Shown here: positions 24,334 to 36,830 of the stretch, piece by piece | Layout of the letters: each line of letters opens with the position of its first letter | Numbering within the stretch: position 1 is the first letter of the stretch | Made by a program: the position numbers and the translations under genes | The notes under the pieces: generated by a model | The model's input: the letters and a program-made list of their open reading frames with translations, nothing else | Told to the model about the DNA's origin: nothing | The model's database searches: none | Assembly: GCA_963847445.1 (NCBI GenBank) | Contig: CAWJZV010000034.1 | Span: 320,001 to 384,000, forward strand | Reading direction: 5' to 3' | DNA length: 64,000 nt | From: an uncultured delta proteobacterium | GTDB taxonomy: Bacteria > Desulfobacterota > Binatia > UBA9968

Positions 24334-24638
24334 ACGAGAAAATTAGAATTCGGCTGAAGGCCTATGACCACCGCGTGTTGGATCAATCGGTGGGAGAGAT
24401 TGTCGAAACCGTGCGGCGCACCGGCGGCCGGGTTGCGGGACCGATTCCGCTACCCACACGGATTGAGCGGTTCACGGTCAACCGTTCGCCCCATGTCGAC
24501 AAGAAATCACGGGATCAGTACGAAATCCGTACGCACAAGCGCTTGCTCGATATCCTCGAGCCGACTCAACAAACCATCGACGCGTTGGGTAAACTCGATA
24601 TCGCCGCGGGTGTGGATGTGGAGATCAAACTCCAGTAA
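24330..24638 (+). CDS. rpsJ: 30S ribosomal protein S10
   Basis: [27 protein letters not shown]; ATGA overlap with the fusA stop. Confidence 0.99.
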   Translation: MNEKIRIRLKAYDHRVLDQSVGEIVETVRRTGGRVAGPIPLPTRIERFTVNRSPHVDKKSRDQYEIRTHKRLLDILEPTQQTIDALGKLDIAAGVDVEIKLQ

Positions 24639-24685
24639 CCAATAGACAAGATCCGGACTAATCGGGCGTGGATGGGAATGAGATC

Positions 24686-25318
24686 ATGACTGGGCTAATT
24701 GGCAGAAAAATTGGTATGACACAGTTCTACAGTGCCGAAGGCAACGTAGTTCCTGTGACTGTTGTGGAGACCGGACCCTGCATCGTCGTCCAAAAGAAAG
24801 AACCGTCCAAGGATGGATACACCGCGTTGCAGGTTGGCTTTGGCAGCAGGAAGGCCCAACGCGTCAACAAAGCCGAGCAGGGCCACATGGCGAAGGCTGG
24901 CAAGGGTGCCTTCGAGGTGCTGCGCGAATTTCGCCTTGACGATGTTTCCGGCTATGAAGTTGGGCAGGAAATTAAGGCTGCCGATCTGTTCAAAGTTGGC
25001 GATCTGATCGATGTCGCGGGTATCTCTAAGGGACATGGTTTCACCGGCGTCATCAAGCGCTGGTCCTTTGCCGGTTTCCCAGGTTCCCATGGTACCCACG
25101 AGTACTTTCGTCATGGCGGCTCCATCGGTAACCGTTCTTATCCGGGCCGTGTTCGTAAAGGCAAAAAGATGGCCGGCCATTGGGGCAATGAGCAGATCGC
25201 CACACAGAATCTCTTGGTCGTCGATATCCGTGCCGAGGAAAATTTAATGTTTGTGCGCGGCGCGGTTCCCGGCGCTAAACAGGGAGTGGTGATCTTGCGG
25301 CCGGCAATCAAAAGGTAA
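24686..25318 (+). CDS. rplC: 50S ribosomal protein L3
   Basis: GRKIGMTQ, DGYTALQVG, SKGHGF, GKKMAGH; start at ATG 24686 (GTG 24668 possible). Confidence 0.98.
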   Translation: MTGLIGRKIGMTQFYSAEGNVVPVTVVETGPCIVVQKKEPSKDGYTALQVGFGSRKAQRVNKAEQGHMAKAGKGAFEVLREFRLDDVSGYEVGQEIKAADLFKVGDLIDVAGISKGHGFTGVIKRWSFAGFPGSHGTHEYFRHGGSIGNRSYPGRVRKGKKMAGHWGNEQIATQNLLVVDIRAEENLMFVRGAVPGAKQGVVILRPAIKR

Positions 25319-25324
25319 TTAAAA

Positions 25325-25921
25325 ATGGAAGTCCACGTTATCCAACCAACCCTCAACGACGCGATTTTCGGCGCCAAAACCCGCCCCCATTTACTGCATC
25401 AAACCGTGGTCATGCAGTTGGCCAATCGGCGCGCCGGTTCGGCTGCGACAAAGACCAAAGGGCTGGTCCGTGGCGGCGGTAAGAAACCTTGGCGGCAAAA
25501 AGGTACGGGCCGCGCCCGTGCCGGTAGTTCCCGGTCACCGATTTGGGTGGGTGGCGGCACCGCGTTCGGTCCGACACCGCGCGATTACTCTTATCGTATG
25601 CCCCGTTCGGCGCGGCGCGAAGCGCTGTTGTCGGCATTGAGTCTCAAGAATCGCGAAGGCAAGCTCATCGTCGTCGATAAGTTTGAGCTCGAAGCCGCCA
25701 AGACCAAAATTATGGTGCAGGCGTTGGCCGAACTTAAAGTTGCCAGCGCGGTGATTGTCGTGGCGCAACCGGATGAAAAGATCGAACGCTCGGCACGAAA
25801 CATACCTAAGATCAAAGTGCTGCGCGTCGAGGGCTTGAATGTTTACGATTTGATGCGCTATGAGCACCTGATTTTGACCGATGGAGCGCTCAAACTTTTG
25901 CAAGAAAGGTTGGCGGCATGA
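25325..25921 (+). CDS. rplD: 50S ribosomal protein L4
   Basis: GGGKKPWRQKGTGRARAGS; somewhat short N-terminus. Confidence 0.97.
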   Translation: MEVHVIQPTLNDAIFGAKTRPHLLHQTVVMQLANRRAGSAATKTKGLVRGGGKKPWRQKGTGRARAGSSRSPIWVGGGTAFGPTPRDYSYRMPRSARREALLSALSLKNREGKLIVVDKFELEAAKTKIMVQALAELKVASAVIVVAQPDEKIERSARNIPKIKVLRVEGLNVYDLMRYEHLILTDGALKLLQERLAA

Positions 25922-26208
25922 AGGCGCCACATGAAATCATTAAAGCGCCGCTGATCTCGGAAAAGGGTACGGCACTGACGGAAAGCGCGAATCAGGTATT
26001 GTTCAAGGTTCGCACCAATGCCAACAAGATCGAGGTCAAGCAGGCCGTGGAGCAGATGTTCAAAGTCAAAGTCGAGCAAGTACGCATGGCCCGTTATCTC
26101 GGCAAGGTGCGTCGCATCGGCCGTAGCCAGGGACGCCGACCGGATTGGAAAAAGGCTTACGTAACTCTCAAGAAAGGCGACAAAATCGATTTTTTTGGCG
26201 CCGCCTAA
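25918..26208 (+). CDS. rplW: 50S ribosomal protein L23
   Basis: PLISEK, ANKIEVKQAVE, WKKAYVTL. Confidence 0.97.
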   Translation: MKAPHEIIKAPLISEKGTALTESANQVLFKVRTNANKIEVKQAVEQMFKVKVEQVRMARYLGKVRRIGRSQGRRPDWKKAYVTLKKGDKIDFFGAA

Positions 26209-26240
26209 AGTGTCAGCATTAGGAATTAGAGAAGAACAAC

Positions 26241-27068
26241 ATGGCGATTAGAACTTACCGGCCAACTTCCGCGGGCATGCGTTTTCGCACCGGCCACACC
26301 TTCGATGAGGTGACCAAGGCGCGGCCGGAAAAAGCACTAGTGGAGCCCAACAACCATAGCGGCGGGCGCAACAATACCGGGCGGATAACCGCTTTCCATC
26401 GCGGTGGCGGTCATAAGCGGCTTTATCGTTTGATCGATTTCAAACGCAACAAGCTTAAAGTTCCGGCTAAGGTCGAGGCCATTGAATATGATCCCAATCG
26501 ATCCGCGCGTATCGCCCTACTCTGCTACGCTGACGGCGAGCGGCGCTACATCCTAGCGCCGGAAAAGCTCCAGGTCGGTTCCACGGTGATTGCTGGCGAT
26601 GACAACATCGATATCCAACCGGGCAACTCTATGCCGCTTAAGTTCATTCCGGTGGGCACGCTGCTCCATAATATTGAACTTAAAATCGGCAAGGGTGGGC
26701 AGCTGGTGCGCAGCGCCGGTTTGGGCGCGCAGCTGATGGCCAAGGAAGGCACTTATGCCCTGCTCAAGCTGCCTTCTGGCGAGTTACGCTACGTGTTAGC
26801 CGAATGCCGCGCGACGGTGGGACAAGTTGGCAATGCCGAACAGGAAAATGTCTCCTGGGGTAAGGCGGGCCGGATGCGCTGGTTGGGCTTTTTACCGGGA
26901 AGCCGTGGTATCGCGAAAAACCCCGTCGATCATCCCCACGGCGGCGGCGAAGGCCGGTCCAAGGGTAATCATCCTATGACGCCTTGGGGAAAACCGACCA
27001 AGGGTTATAAGACGCGGAAAAATCAAGCCACGGATAAGTATATCGTGGCACGGAGAAAAGGTAGGTAG
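26241..27068 (+). CDS. rplB: 50S ribosomal protein L2
   Basis: [25 protein letters not shown]. Confidence 0.99.
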   Translation: MAIRTYRPTSAGMRFRTGHTFDEVTKARPEKALVEPNNHSGGRNNTGRITAFHRGGGHKRLYRLIDFKRNKLKVPAKVEAIEYDPNRSARIALLCYADGERRYILAPEKLQVGSTVIAGDDNIDIQPGNSMPLKFIPVGTLLHNIELKIGKGGQLVRSAGLGAQLMAKEGTYALLKLPSGELRYVLAECRATVGQVGNAEQENVSWGKAGRMRWLGFLPGSRGIAKNPVDHPHGGGEGRSKGNHPMTPWGKPTKGYKTRKNQATDKYIVARRKGR

Positions 27069-27070
27069 CG

Positions 27071-27388
27071 ATGGCCCGTTCGGTTAAAAAAGGACCTTTC
27101 ATCGACGACCATTTGCAGAAGAAGGTCACGGCGATGGCGGAGACCCGCGGTCGCCAGGTGATTCGTACCTGGTCGCGCCGTTCGACGGTGACCCCGGAGA
27201 TGGTCGGTCTCACCATCGGCGTGCACAATGGCCGGAAGTTCATTCCGGTGTTTGTCAGTGAAAATATGGTCGGCCACAAACTCGGTGAGTTCTCGCCGAC
27301 GCGGACATTCTACGCGCATTCAGGGGATCGCAAGAGTGATGCTAAGGACACCGGTGGTGCGCCCCGGGCCGCGCCGGCAAAGAGTTAA
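27071..27388 (+). CDS. rpsS: 30S ribosomal protein S19
   Basis: [27 protein letters not shown]; C-terminal extension. Confidence 0.98.
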   Translation: MARSVKKGPFIDDHLQKKVTAMAETRGRQVIRTWSRRSTVTPEMVGLTIGVHNGRKFIPVFVSENMVGHKLGEFSPTRTFYAHSGDRKSDAKDTGGAPRAAPAKS

Positions 27389-27425
27389 GGCAAGCCATAA
27401 CCGATTAGGAACGATTGACGAAGTC

Positions 27426-27770
27426 ATGGAAACACGCGCGATCACAAAATTTATCCGGGTCTCACCGCGCAAGGTGCGTTTGGTGGTAGACCAAATTCGC
27501 GGCAAGGGTGTCGAGGAAGCGCTCAATATTCTCAAGTTCATTCCCAAGCGCTCCGCCGGGATCGTCGCCAAAACCGTGCGGACGGCGGTCGCCAACGCGG
27601 AAAATACCCAGAGCGTCGATGTCGACCGGTTGTTCGTTAAACAAGCGAAAGTCGATGAGGCTGGCATGTGGAAGCGCTTTACCTCCCGTGCCCAAGGACG
27701 TGCGACGCGCGTTCGTAAGCGGCTAAGCCATGTGACGATTATCCTCGATGAATCCGAGGGGAGGAGTTAA
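27426..27770 (+). CDS. rplV: 50S ribosomal protein L22
   Basis: IRVSPRKVRLV, AVANAEN, RAQGRA; true start ATG 27426 lies within track ORF 27228..27770. Confidence 0.97.
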   Translation: METRAITKFIRVSPRKVRLVVDQIRGKGVEEALNILKFIPKRSAGIVAKTVRTAVANAENTQSVDVDRLFVKQAKVDEAGMWKRFTSRAQGRATRVRKRLSHVTIILDESEGRS

Positions 27771-27776
27771 CTTTCG

Positions 27777-28439
27777 ATGGGTCAAAAAACACATCCGAAA
27801 TTGTTTCGCCTAGGTGTCATCGAGACCTGGGACTCTAAATGGTTTGCCCGCCATGACTATCCCAAGCTCTTACACGAAGATTTCCGGATCAAGAAATTTT
27901 TAAAAACCCGGCTCTATCATGCCGGCATCTCTCGCATCGAAATAGAACGGGCGGCGAACAAGGCTAAGATCAACATTCACACCGCGCGTCCCGGTATCGT
28001 CATCGGTAAGAAGGGCGCCGAGATCGAAAAGCTCAAGGAAGAAATCACCAAGCTCACCCATCGTGAGACCTATATCAACATTCACGAAGTGCGCCGGCCG
28101 GACTTGGACGCGCAATTGACTTCGGAAAATGTCGCATTGCAGCTCGAGCGTCGCGTCGCCTTCCGGCGCGCCATGAAGGAAAGTGTCTCCCGGGCGTTGC
28201 GCATGGGCGCCCAGGGCGTAAGAATTCAGTGCGCCGGCCGCTTGGGCGGTTCTGAAATCGCCCGTACGGAATGGTATCGCGAAGGCCGTGTGCCACTGCA
28301 TACCCTGCGCGCCGACGTCAACTATGGTACTGCCGAAGCGCATACGACTTACGGCATAATCGGCGTCAAAGTTTGGATCTTCCGTGGTGAGGTATTGACT
28401 GCGGAAGAAGAGCAGCAGAAAGCGATGATGGGCGGTTGA
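27777..28439 (+). CDS. rpsC: 30S ribosomal protein S3
   Basis: [27 protein letters not shown]. Confidence 0.99.
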   Translation: MGQKTHPKLFRLGVIETWDSKWFARHDYPKLLHEDFRIKKFLKTRLYHAGISRIEIERAANKAKINIHTARPGIVIGKKGAEIEKLKEEITKLTHRETYINIHEVRRPDLDAQLTSENVALQLERRVAFRRAMKESVSRALRMGAQGVRIQCAGRLGGSEIARTEWYREGRVPLHTLRADVNYGTAEAHTTYGIIGVKVWIFRGEVLTAEEEQQKAMMGG

Positions 28440-28492
28440 TTCAGCGGAGCGATTGATTGCGCTCGAATTACTAATTCAACTCGACTAAGAAA

Positions 28493-28918
28493 ATGCTTGA
28501 ACCGAAAAAAGTAAAATTTCGCAAACTGCAAAAGGGTCGCCGCCGCGGTACGGCGCACCGAGGTTCCACACTCGCCTTCGGCGATTATGGGCTGAAGGCG
28601 CTGGGGCGAGGATGGATGAGCGCGCGAGAAATCGAAGCGGCACGTGTCGCATTGACGCGTTATCTGAAGCGCGGTGGCAAGGTTTGGATTCGCATCTTTC
28701 CAGATAAGCCCTTGACCAAGAAACCCCTGGAAACCCGCATGGGTAAGGGTAAGGGCGCGACCGAGAAATGGGTCGCCGTGGTCCAACCAGGACGGATCTT
28801 ATTCGAGATGGAAGGGGTCGAAGCCGTGCTTGCCAAGGAAGCATTTCGCTTGGCGGCGCATAAGCTGTCGATTGCCACCACGATGGTCGAACGCAGAGGA
28901 TTAGTCCATGGAAGCTAA
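28493..28918 (+). CDS. rplP: 50S ribosomal protein L16
   Basis: [23 protein letters not shown]. Confidence 0.98.
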   Translation: MLEPKKVKFRKLQKGRRRGTAHRGSTLAFGDYGLKALGRGWMSAREIEAARVALTRYLKRGGKVWIRIFPDKPLTKKPLETRMGKGKGATEKWVAVVQPGRILFEMEGVEAVLAKEAFRLAAHKLSIATTMVERRGLVHGS

Positions 28919-29111
28919 AGAACTGCGCGGCATGAGCGCGGCAGATTTGCAAGAAAAGCTGGCGAGCTTGCGCGAAGAAATCGGCCATTTGGCGCTTAAG
29001 CGAGCGACCAGCCGGTTGGAGAATCCCATGAAGCTTAAAGAGACCAAAAGGGATCTTGCCCGGGTCGCAACCATTTTGCGCGAAAAGGCGCTCCAGAGTC
29101 AGGAAGGCTGA
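28908..29111 (+). CDS. rpmC: 50S ribosomal protein L29
   Basis: AKELR, LENP...KRDLARV; between rplP and rpsQ. Confidence 0.94.
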   Translation: MEAKELRGMSAADLQEKLASLREEIGHLALKRATSRLENPMKLKETKRDLARVATILREKALQSQEG

Positions 29112-29113
29112 GC

Positions 29114-29395
29114 ATGGAAGGCAGAGGATTACAAAAAGAGCGTAGCGGCGTGGTGGTCAGCGATAAAATGGCAAAGACCGTCGTGGTTTCTATCGAACGC
29201 ACGGTGATTCACCCGCGTTACAAGAAGATATTACGGCGCCGTTCGCGAGTGAAAGCTCACGACGAAACCAATCAGTGTCATGTCGGCGACCGGGTATTGC
29301 TGGTTGAATGCCGTCCGCTCAGTCGCGACAAACGCTGGCGTGTCAGCAAGGTTTTGGAAAAAACCAAATCGGGGCCCGAAATAGCCATCGGCTAA
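29114..29395 (+). CDS. rpsQ: 30S ribosomal protein S17
   Basis: GVVVSDKMAKT, HPRYKK, AHDE, ECRPLS..KRW. Confidence 0.98.
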   Translation: MEGRGLQKERSGVVVSDKMAKTVVVSIERTVIHPRYKKILRRRSRVKAHDETNQCHVGDRVLLVECRPLSRDKRWRVSKVLEKTKSGPEIAIG

Positions 29396-29431
29396 CGACG
29401 TTTGGGCGATGAAAGTGAGTCGGACTGATCT

Positions 29432-29800
29432 ATGATTCAGACCAATTCTAATCTGGATGTGGCGGATAATTCGGGCGCGCGCCGAGTCCAGTGCATTAAA
29501 GTCTTGGGCGGTAGCAAGCGACGATATGCTTCCGTCGGCGATATTATCGTGGTCGCGGTGCAGGAAGCGATTCCCAACGGCAAGGTGAAAAAGGGCGATG
29601 TTGTGAAGGCTGTGGTGGTGCGGACCGCCAAGGAGCTGGGGCGGCCGGATGGAACCTACATCCGCTTCGACACGAACTCCGCGGTGTTGATCGACAATCA
29701 AAAAGAGCCGGTGGGGACGCGAATCTTCGGACCGGTGGCGCGTGAACTACGCGCCAAGAAATTCATGAAGATCATTTCTCTGGCGCCTGAAGTGCTTTAG
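29432..29800 (+). CDS. rplN: 50S ribosomal protein L14
   Basis: [26 protein letters not shown]. Confidence 0.99.
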   Translation: MIQTNSNLDVADNSGARRVQCIKVLGGSKRRYASVGDIIVVAVQEAIPNGKVKKGDVVKAVVVRTAKELGRPDGTYIRFDTNSAVLIDNQKEPVGTRIFGPVARELRAKKFMKIISLAPEVL

Positions 29801-29824
29801 CCAGAGATTGAGGAGAAATCGCTC

Positions 29825-30136
29825 GTGGAGATTCGTAAAAACGACAGCGTGATGGTGATTGCCGGCAAGGAACGGGGTAAGACCGGCAAAGTCCTGCGCG
29901 TACTGCCGGAGAAAAACGCGGTCATCATTGAGAGGATCAGCATCGTCAAACGGCATACCAAGCCACGCGGACCGCAGCAGAGCGGCGGTATCGTCGAGAA
30001 AGAAGCGGCGATCAACGTGTCTAACGTCATGATGATGTGCGACAAGTGCAACGCGCCGGTGCGCATCGGCCATAAAGATCTCACCGACGGCAAAAAAATC
30101 CGCATCTGCCGCCGTTGCAACGAAGCGCTCGATTAG
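29825..30136 (+). CDS. rplX: 50S ribosomal protein L24
   Basis: KOW motif VIAGKERGKTG, GGIVEKEA..NVSNV; has CDKC..CRRC. Confidence 0.97.
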   Translation: MEIRKNDSVMVIAGKERGKTGKVLRVLPEKNAVIIERISIVKRHTKPRGPQQSGGIVEKEAAINVSNVMMMCDKCNAPVRIGHKDLTDGKKIRICRRCNEALD

Positions 30137-30168
30137 TTTGCTAGACTAGTGGGACGATTGAAGTAACC

Positions 30169-30708
<540 letters not shown>

Positions 30709-30725
30709 CTTAGGGGGAAATTCCA

Positions 30726-30911
30726 TTGGCCAAGACTTGTCTAAGAATCAAAGCGGAACGACCGAACAAGTTCAAAGTGCGGGAATACAACCGTTGCCCG
30801 CTCTGCGGCCGTTCACGGGCATTTTATCGCCGTTTTCGCATGTGCCGGTTATGTCTGCGCGACAACGCGCGCAAGGGAAATATCCCCGGACTGATCAAGG
30901 CCAGTTGGTAG
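30726..30911 (+). CDS. rpsN: 30S ribosomal protein S14 (short, Zn-binding type Z)
   Basis: 61 aa, RCPLCGR..CRLC, KASW; TTG start after GGGGG SD. Confidence 0.97.
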   Translation: MAKTCLRIKAERPNKFKVREYNRCPLCGRSRAFYRRFRMCRLCLRDNARKGNIPGLIKASW

Positions 30912-30926
30912 AGGCTGGAGTTTATT

Positions 30927-31331
30927 ATGGGAATGACCGATCCGATCGCGGATTTACTTACTCGGATTCGCAATGCTTCACGAGCGCGCCATCAAAAAGT
31001 GACGGTGCCCTATTCGCATCTAAAAGAAAACATCGTCAAGGTCTTGATCGATGAAGGCTATCTCAAGGACCAAAAAAAGGTCAAAGCCGCCATCGGTGGC
31101 GGCGATGAGATGATCATCACGCTAAAGTTCGACCGGGAAAGCCGGCCCATCATCCTCGGCATGAAGCGGGTCAGCAAGCCCGGCCGGCGGGTCTATGTCG
31201 GCTCCCAAGAGGCACCGCCGATCCGCAAGGGATTGGGTATCCATGTGCTCTCGACGCCCAAGGGTATCTTGGTCGATCGTGAAGCGATGCGCGCCAAGGT
31301 TGGCGGTGAATTGATCTGTACTGTTTGGTAA
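30927..31331 (+). CDS. rpsH: 30S ribosomal protein S8
   Basis: MTDPIADLLTRIRNA, SKPGRRVY, GGELIC. Confidence 0.98.
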   Translation: MGMTDPIADLLTRIRNASRARHQKVTVPYSHLKENIVKVLIDEGYLKDQKKVKAAIGGGDEMIITLKFDRESRPIILGMKRVSKPGRRVYVGSQEAPPIRKGLGIHVLSTPKGILVDREAMRAKVGGELICTVW

Positions 31332-31349
31332 GATTGATCGAGGTGTAAT

Positions 31350-31901
<552 letters not shown>

Positions 31902-31918
31902 TCTACCGAGGATTTGAG

Positions 31919-32284
31919 ATGTCGAGCAAGCGACTAGATATAGGCCGCCAGCGGCGTAAAGTTCGAGTACGTAAAAAGGTTCGCGGCACGGATCTCCGCC
32001 CGCGAGTTTGCGTATTTCGTAGCAATAAGCATATTTACGCGCAGGTCATTTCGGATAGCCAAGGAAAAACCTTGGCGGCGGTGTCGACGTTGTCTGAAGA
32101 ATTGGCCGAACAGATCAAGAAGCACAACGGCGTCGATGCGGCTAAGCAAGTCGGGGTTGCCTTGGCCAAAGTCTGTAAGGAAAAGAATATTACCAGCGTG
32201 GTTTTCGACCGCAACGGGTTCATCTACCATGGCCGGGTGAAGGCTGTGGCGGATGGCGCTCGCGAAGGCGGCTTAGACTTTTAA
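31919..32284 (+). CDS. rplR: 50S ribosomal protein L18
   Basis: [27 protein letters not shown]. Confidence 0.98.
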   Translation: MSSKRLDIGRQRRKVRVRKKVRGTDLRPRVCVFRSNKHIYAQVISDSQGKTLAAVSTLSEELAEQIKKHNGVDAAKQVGVALAKVCKEKNITSVVFDRNGFIYHGRVKAVADGAREGGLDF

Positions 32285-32308
32285 CCAGCACTTGAACGAG
32301 AGGTCGCT

Positions 32309-32806
32309 TTGGAACGGATCGATCCCCAAGGGTTAGAATTGAAAGAAAAAGTGGTTCACATCAGCCGGGTGGCCAAAGTCGTTAAAGGCGGCCGGCGCTT
32401 TAGTTTTAGCGCCTTAGTGGTGACCGGCGATAGTCACTCGGTGGTTGGCTACGGGATGGGCAAGGCCAAGGAAGTCCCGGAAGCGATCCGCAAGGGTTTG
32501 GAGCAGGCGAAGAAGAATTTAATCCGCGTGCCGATCATGGATGGGACGATTCCCTTCGAAGTGGTCGGACATTACGGCGCCGGCCATGTGATTCTTAAAC
32601 CCGCCTCAGGCGGCACCGGCGTGATCGCTGGCGGCGGTGTGCGCGCGGTGGTGGAAGCCTCCGGTATCCAAAATGTCTTGACCAAATGTCTCGGTTCGAA
32701 TAATCCGCATAACATGGTCAAAGCGACATTTGAAGCGTTGCGCGACTTGCGCCAGCCGGAAGAAATCGCCGATCGGCGCGGCAAAACCCTGGCGGAGATT
32801 CGCTAA
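32309..32806 (+). CDS. rpsE: 30S ribosomal protein S5
   Basis: [29 protein letters not shown]. Confidence 0.98.
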   Translation: MERIDPQGLELKEKVVHISRVAKVVKGGRRFSFSALVVTGDSHSVVGYGMGKAKEVPEAIRKGLEQAKKNLIRVPIMDGTIPFEVVGHYGAGHVILKPASGGTGVIAGGGVRAVVEASGIQNVLTKCLGSNNPHNMVKATFEALRDLRQPEEIADRRGKTLAEIR

Positions 32807-32808
32807 CT

Positions 32809-33261
32809 ATGAAACTCGACGATCTGAAACCAGCCGCCGGTTCGAACAAAAAACGCAAAAGGATCGGCCGGGGTCCCGGCTCAGGTCATGGGAAGACTTC
32901 GGGCCGTGGTCATAAGGGACAGGGCTCGCGTTCCGGTGGCAATACCAAACCCGGTTTTGAAGGCGGCCAGATGCCGTTGCAACGGCGCTTGCCCAAACGC
33001 GGCTTTCACAATATTTTTCGCATCGAAATGGCGGTAGTCAATCTAACTCAACTGGACTTGCTCGCCGGCGCCGGCGACATCGCCCCGGAAATAATGTCCG
33101 AACATGGCTTGATTAGCGGTAAAAACCGCCGTGTCAAAGTCTTAGGCGAGGGCAACTTTACCAAAGCGGTGACGATCCGCGCCCATGGCTTTTCCGCCAG
33201 CGCGAGACAAAAGATCGAAGCAGCCGGCGGCAAAGCGGAGTTAATCGAACTTCATGCTTAG
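32809..33261 (+). CDS. rplO: 50S ribosomal protein L15
   Basis: [35 protein letters not shown]. Confidence 0.98.
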   Translation: MKLDDLKPAAGSNKKRKRIGRGPGSGHGKTSGRGHKGQGSRSGGNTKPGFEGGQMPLQRRLPKRGFHNIFRIEMAVVNLTQLDLLAGAGDIAPEIMSEHGLISGKNRRVKVLGEGNFTKAVTIRAHGFSASARQKIEAAGGKAELIELHA

Positions 33262-34564
33262 CGGATTTCAAAACGCATCGCGGGTACCGGAGCTGCGCCG
33301 CCGGGTGCTTTTTGCCCTCGGGATGTTAGCGGTCTATCGCCTCGGCGTTCATGTGCCGACACCGGGTATCGATAGAGCAGCCATGGCGGCGTTTTTCGAT
33401 CAACAGAAAAATACTCTGTTCGGCTTTCTCAATCTGTTCTCGGGCGGCGCATTGGAACAGTTTTCAGTTTTTTCACTGGGCATCATGCCCTACATCAGTG
33501 CGTCGATTATTTTGCAGTTACTGACGGTAGTATTCCCCTATCTGGAAAGGCTCTCTAAGGAAGGCGAAGTCGGCCGGCGCAAGATTACTCAATACACCCG
33601 ATATGGCACAGTGTTGCTGTCCATCGTCCAAGGCACGATGATCGCCATCGGCTTGGAAGGCACGCAGGGACCGGGCGGCACGCCGCTGGTGCTCAACCCC
33701 GGTGTTGCCTTCCGTTTCATGACTGTGGTGACGCTCACGTCCGGCACGGCGTTTATCATGTGGCTGGGCGAGCAGATTACCGAACGCGGCATCGGCAATG
33801 GCATGTCGCTGATCATCTTTGCCGGGATTGTCGCCCGTCTGCCTTCGGCGATTTGGTCGACTTTTGAGTTCATGCGTAACGGCGAGCTCGGACCCTTGGT
33901 CGCCTTGGTGATATTGGTTCTCAGTGTCGCGATCATCGCCGCGATTATTTTCGTCGAACGCGGCCAACGGCGCATCCCGGTGCAATACGCTAAACGAGTC
34001 GTTGGCCGGCGCATGTACGGCGGCATGACCTCGCACTTGCCGTTAAAAGTTAATACTGCGAACGTAATTCCGATCATCTTCGCTTCATCGGTGTTAATTT
34101 TCCCGGCGACCATGGCGCAATTCGCGGCGCATCCTTGGATTCAAACAATTTCCGGTATGCTGGCGCCGGGTCAATGGCTCTATGAGATTGCCCAGATGGC
34201 GCTGATTATCTTTTTCGCATTTTTCTACACGGCGGTCGTGTTTAATCCCAGTGATGTGGCCGAGAACATGAAAAAGGCTGGCGGCTACATTCCCGGCATT
34301 AGACCCGGACAGAAGACCGCCGAGTTCATAGAAAAGGTGTTATCGCGCATAACCTTGAGCGGGGCGGTTTATCTCTGCTTGATCGCGTTATTGCCATCCT
34401 TGTTGGTGCAACAATTCAATGTGCCTTTTTATTTTGGCGGAACCGCGCTGTTGATCGTGGTCGGCGTCGGCTTGGACACGGTGGCGCAGATGGAAACCCA
34501 TCTGATCAGCAGGAACTATGAAGGCTTCATGAAGCGTGGTAGGTTGCGCGGCAGAAAGGGCTAA
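33254..34564 (+). CDS. secY: Preprotein translocase subunit SecY
   Basis: [45 protein letters not shown]. Confidence 0.99.
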   Translation: MLSGFQNASRVPELRRRVLFALGMLAVYRLGVHVPTPGIDRAAMAAFFDQQKNTLFGFLNLFSGGALEQFSVFSLGIMPYISASIILQLLTVVFPYLERLSKEGEVGRRKITQYTRYGTVLLSIVQGTMIAIGLEGTQGPGGTPLVLNPGVAFRFMTVVTLTSGTAFIMWLGEQITERGIGNGMSLIIFAGIVARLPSAIWSTFEFMRNGELGPLVALVILVLSVAIIAAIIFVERGQRRIPVQYAKRVVGRRMYGGMTSHLPLKVNTANVIPIIFASSVLIFPATMAQFAAHPWIQTISGMLAPGQWLYEIAQMALIIFFAFFYTAVVFNPSDVAENMKKAGGYIPGIRPGQKTAEFIEKVLSRITLSGAVYLCLIALLPSLLVQQFNVPFYFGGTALLIVVGVGLDTVAQMETHLISRNYEGFMKRGRLRGRKG

Positions 34565-34567
34565 ATC

Positions 34568-35233
34568 TTGGCTGCCAGTGCACGTGTGGTTCTGCTGGGT
34601 CCTCCGGGGGCGGGTAAGGGCACCCAGGCAAAGTTGCTTGAGCAGGAATTCGGCGCGGTTCAGATCTCCACCGGAGACATCCTGCGCAAAGCCGTAGCCG
34701 ACCAATCGCCGCTCGGTAAGCAAGCTGGAGATTATATCAGGCGCGGGGCTTTGGTGCCCGACCATTTGATTATAGACCTCATCGCCGAACGATTGCAGCA
34801 GGCGGATTGCGCTCAGGGATTTCTGCTAGACGGTTTTCCCCGGACGATCCCTCAGGCCGAAAGCCTAGATGGGCTGCTTAAGAAATTGGCGCTGAGCTTG
34901 AATTGTGTTCTGTCGGTTCAGGTGCCGAGACCAGTCATTATCGAACGGCTGGCGGGAAGGCGGACTTGCAAAAAGTGCGGTGCGCTGTGTCATATGGCCT
35001 TCGACCCACCGAAGCAAGACGGAGTTTGCGACCACTGCGGCGGCGAATTATTTCAGCGCGAAGATGATAGGGAAGAGACCATTGCCAACCGTTTAACCGT
35101 CTATGATGCTCAGACCGCACCTCTGGTCGATTATTATCGTCGCCGGGGTGTATTACGAGAGATCGACGGTGTTGGCAGCATAGATGAAATCCGCGCCCGG
35201 GTCATGAAAGCCTTGGGAGGAATGGCGCCGTGA
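34568..35233 (+). CDS. adk: Adenylate kinase (Zn-lid type)
   Basis: GPPGAGKGTQ, STGDILR, LDGFPRT; lid CKKC..CDHC. Confidence 0.97.
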   Translation: MAASARVVLLGPPGAGKGTQAKLLEQEFGAVQISTGDILRKAVADQSPLGKQAGDYIRRGALVPDHLIIDLIAERLQQADCAQGFLLDGFPRTIPQAESLDGLLKKLALSLNCVLSVQVPRPVIIERLAGRRTCKKCGALCHMAFDPPKQDGVCDHCGGELFQREDDREETIANRLTVYDAQTAPLVDYYRRRGVLREIDGVGSIDEIRARVMKALGGMAP

Positions 35234-35988
35234 TTTCGCTCAAATCGGCTCGTGAAATCGAGATCATGAGAAGAGCGAATGTGATCGTTGCCGAGGTTCT
35301 CCAGGAGCTTAAAAAGCGCGTGGCGCCGGGTATCACAACTTTGGATTTGGACGCCATTGCCGAAAATATGACGCTGAGCCGCAAGGCGATTCCGGCATTC
35401 AAGGGTTATAACGTCGCCGGCCGGGTTTATCCGTGCTGCCTGTGTGCTTCGGTCAATGACGAGATCGTTCATGGTATCCCGTCAAACCGCCCTTTGCGCG
35501 AAGGCGATATTGTCGGCCTCGACTATGGGGTCATTTATGACGGCTTCTACGGCGACTCAGCGATGACCGTGGCGGTCGGCAAAATAGGCGCAGCGGCGCA
35601 AAAGTTATTGGACGTGACCGAGGCATCGCTCTACGCAGGAATCGAGCAGCTTCATGAGGGCAAACGATTGGGCGATCTCGGCGCGGCGGTGCAAAAGATT
35701 GCAGAGGATGCAGGCTACTCCGTCGTCCGCGCTTTTGTCGGTCATGGCATCGGCAAGAAGCTCCACGAGGAGCCGCCGGTACCGAACTACGGCGAAAAAG
35801 ACCGTGGCCTGCGCTTAAAAGAAGGCATGGTCCTGGCGGTGGAGCCGATGGTCAATATAGGCGGTTACGAGGTCGAAATTAAAGAAGACGGTTGGACGGC
35901 GGTGACCAAAGATGGTAGCTTGGCCGCCCATTTCGAGCACTCGATAGCGATCACTAAGAACGGTCCGTATATTTTGAGTCAACTTTAG
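35230..35988 (+). CDS. map: Methionine aminopeptidase type I
   Basis: [31 protein letters not shown]. Confidence 0.98.
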   Translation: MISLKSAREIEIMRRANVIVAEVLQELKKRVAPGITTLDLDAIAENMTLSRKAIPAFKGYNVAGRVYPCCLCASVNDEIVHGIPSNRPLREGDIVGLDYGVIYDGFYGDSAMTVAVGKIGAAAQKLLDVTEASLYAGIEQLHEGKRLGDLGAAVQKIAEDAGYSVVRAFVGHGIGKKLHEEPPVPNYGEKDRGLRLKEGMVLAVEPMVNIGGYEVEIKEDGWTAVTKDGSLAAHFEHSIAITKNGPYILSQL

Positions 35989-36026
35989 AGTTCAGGAGAA
36001 GGCGGCGAGGGAATCCCGATTTAGCT

Positions 36027-36245
36027 ATGGCAAAACAAGACGCCATCGAAGTCACCGGTACGGTGCTAGAGACCTTGCCCAACGCCATGTTCCGGGTGGA
36101 GTTGGACAACCATCATAAGGTGCTAGCCCATATATCGGGGAAAATGCGCATGCACTACATCAAAATTCTGCCGGGAGACAAAGTGAAGATCGAGCTTTCT
36201 CCCTACGATTTGGCGCGCGGACGCATCGTCTTCCGCGAGCGTTAG
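36027..36245 (+). CDS. infA: Translation initiation factor IF-1
   Basis: [25 protein letters not shown]. Confidence 0.99.
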   Translation: MAKQDAIEVTGTVLETLPNAMFRVELDNHHKVLAHISGKMRMHYIKILPGDKVKIELSPYDLARGRIVFRER

Positions 36246-36259
36246 CAAGAGGAGACATC

Positions 36260-36373
36260 GTGAAGGTTAGAGCGTCAGTCAAAAAGATTTGCAACAAATG
36301 CAAGGTGATTCGCCGTAAGGGCGTGGTGCGGGTATTGTGCGAAAATACCAAGCACAAACAACGGCAGGGCTAA
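36260..36373 (+). CDS. rpmJ: 50S ribosomal protein L36 (Zn-binding form), below ORF-track cutoff
   Basis: Hand translation from GTG: [37 protein letters not shown]; SD GAGGAG. Confidence 0.97.
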   Translation: MKVRASVKKICNKCKVIRRKGVVRVLCENTKHKQRQG

Positions 36374-36426
36374 GTTTTTTTAAATTTAAAATCGGTAGTA
36401 TGAAATTCCGAACCTAGTGAGGATCT

Positions 36427-36807
36427 ATGGCACGTATCGCAGGGGTGGACTTACCCAGAGCCAAACGCATGGAAATCGCGCTCACTTATGTCTACGGCAT
36501 TGGCCGCAGCACATCGCGCGATATCCTAACTGCGGCGGGCGTTTCTCTGGATTTGCGCAGCGACGATTTGAGCGACGACGATGTCGCTAAAATTCGCCAG
36601 GTGCTCGATCAGAGTTACAAAGTTGAAGGCGATCTGCGCCGCGAGGTGACGGGTAACATCAAACGGCACTTGGATATGGGTTCCTATCGCGGTATGCGCC
36701 ATCGCAAGAATTTGCCGGTGCGGGGCCAGCGTACCCATACCAACGCGCGCACCCGCAAGGGGCCGCGCAAAACCGTCGCCGGCAAAAAAACCGCGCCGAC
36801 AAAGTAA
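36427..36807 (+). CDS. rpsM: 30S ribosomal protein S13
   Basis: [27 protein letters not shown]. Confidence 0.99.
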   Translation: MARIAGVDLPRAKRMEIALTYVYGIGRSTSRDILTAAGVSLDLRSDDLSDDDVAKIRQVLDQSYKVEGDLRREVTGNIKRHLDMGSYRGMRHRKNLPVRGQRTHTNARTRKGPRKTVAGKKTAPTK

Positions 36808-36830
36808 AATAGATAATTTAGGAGAATCTC

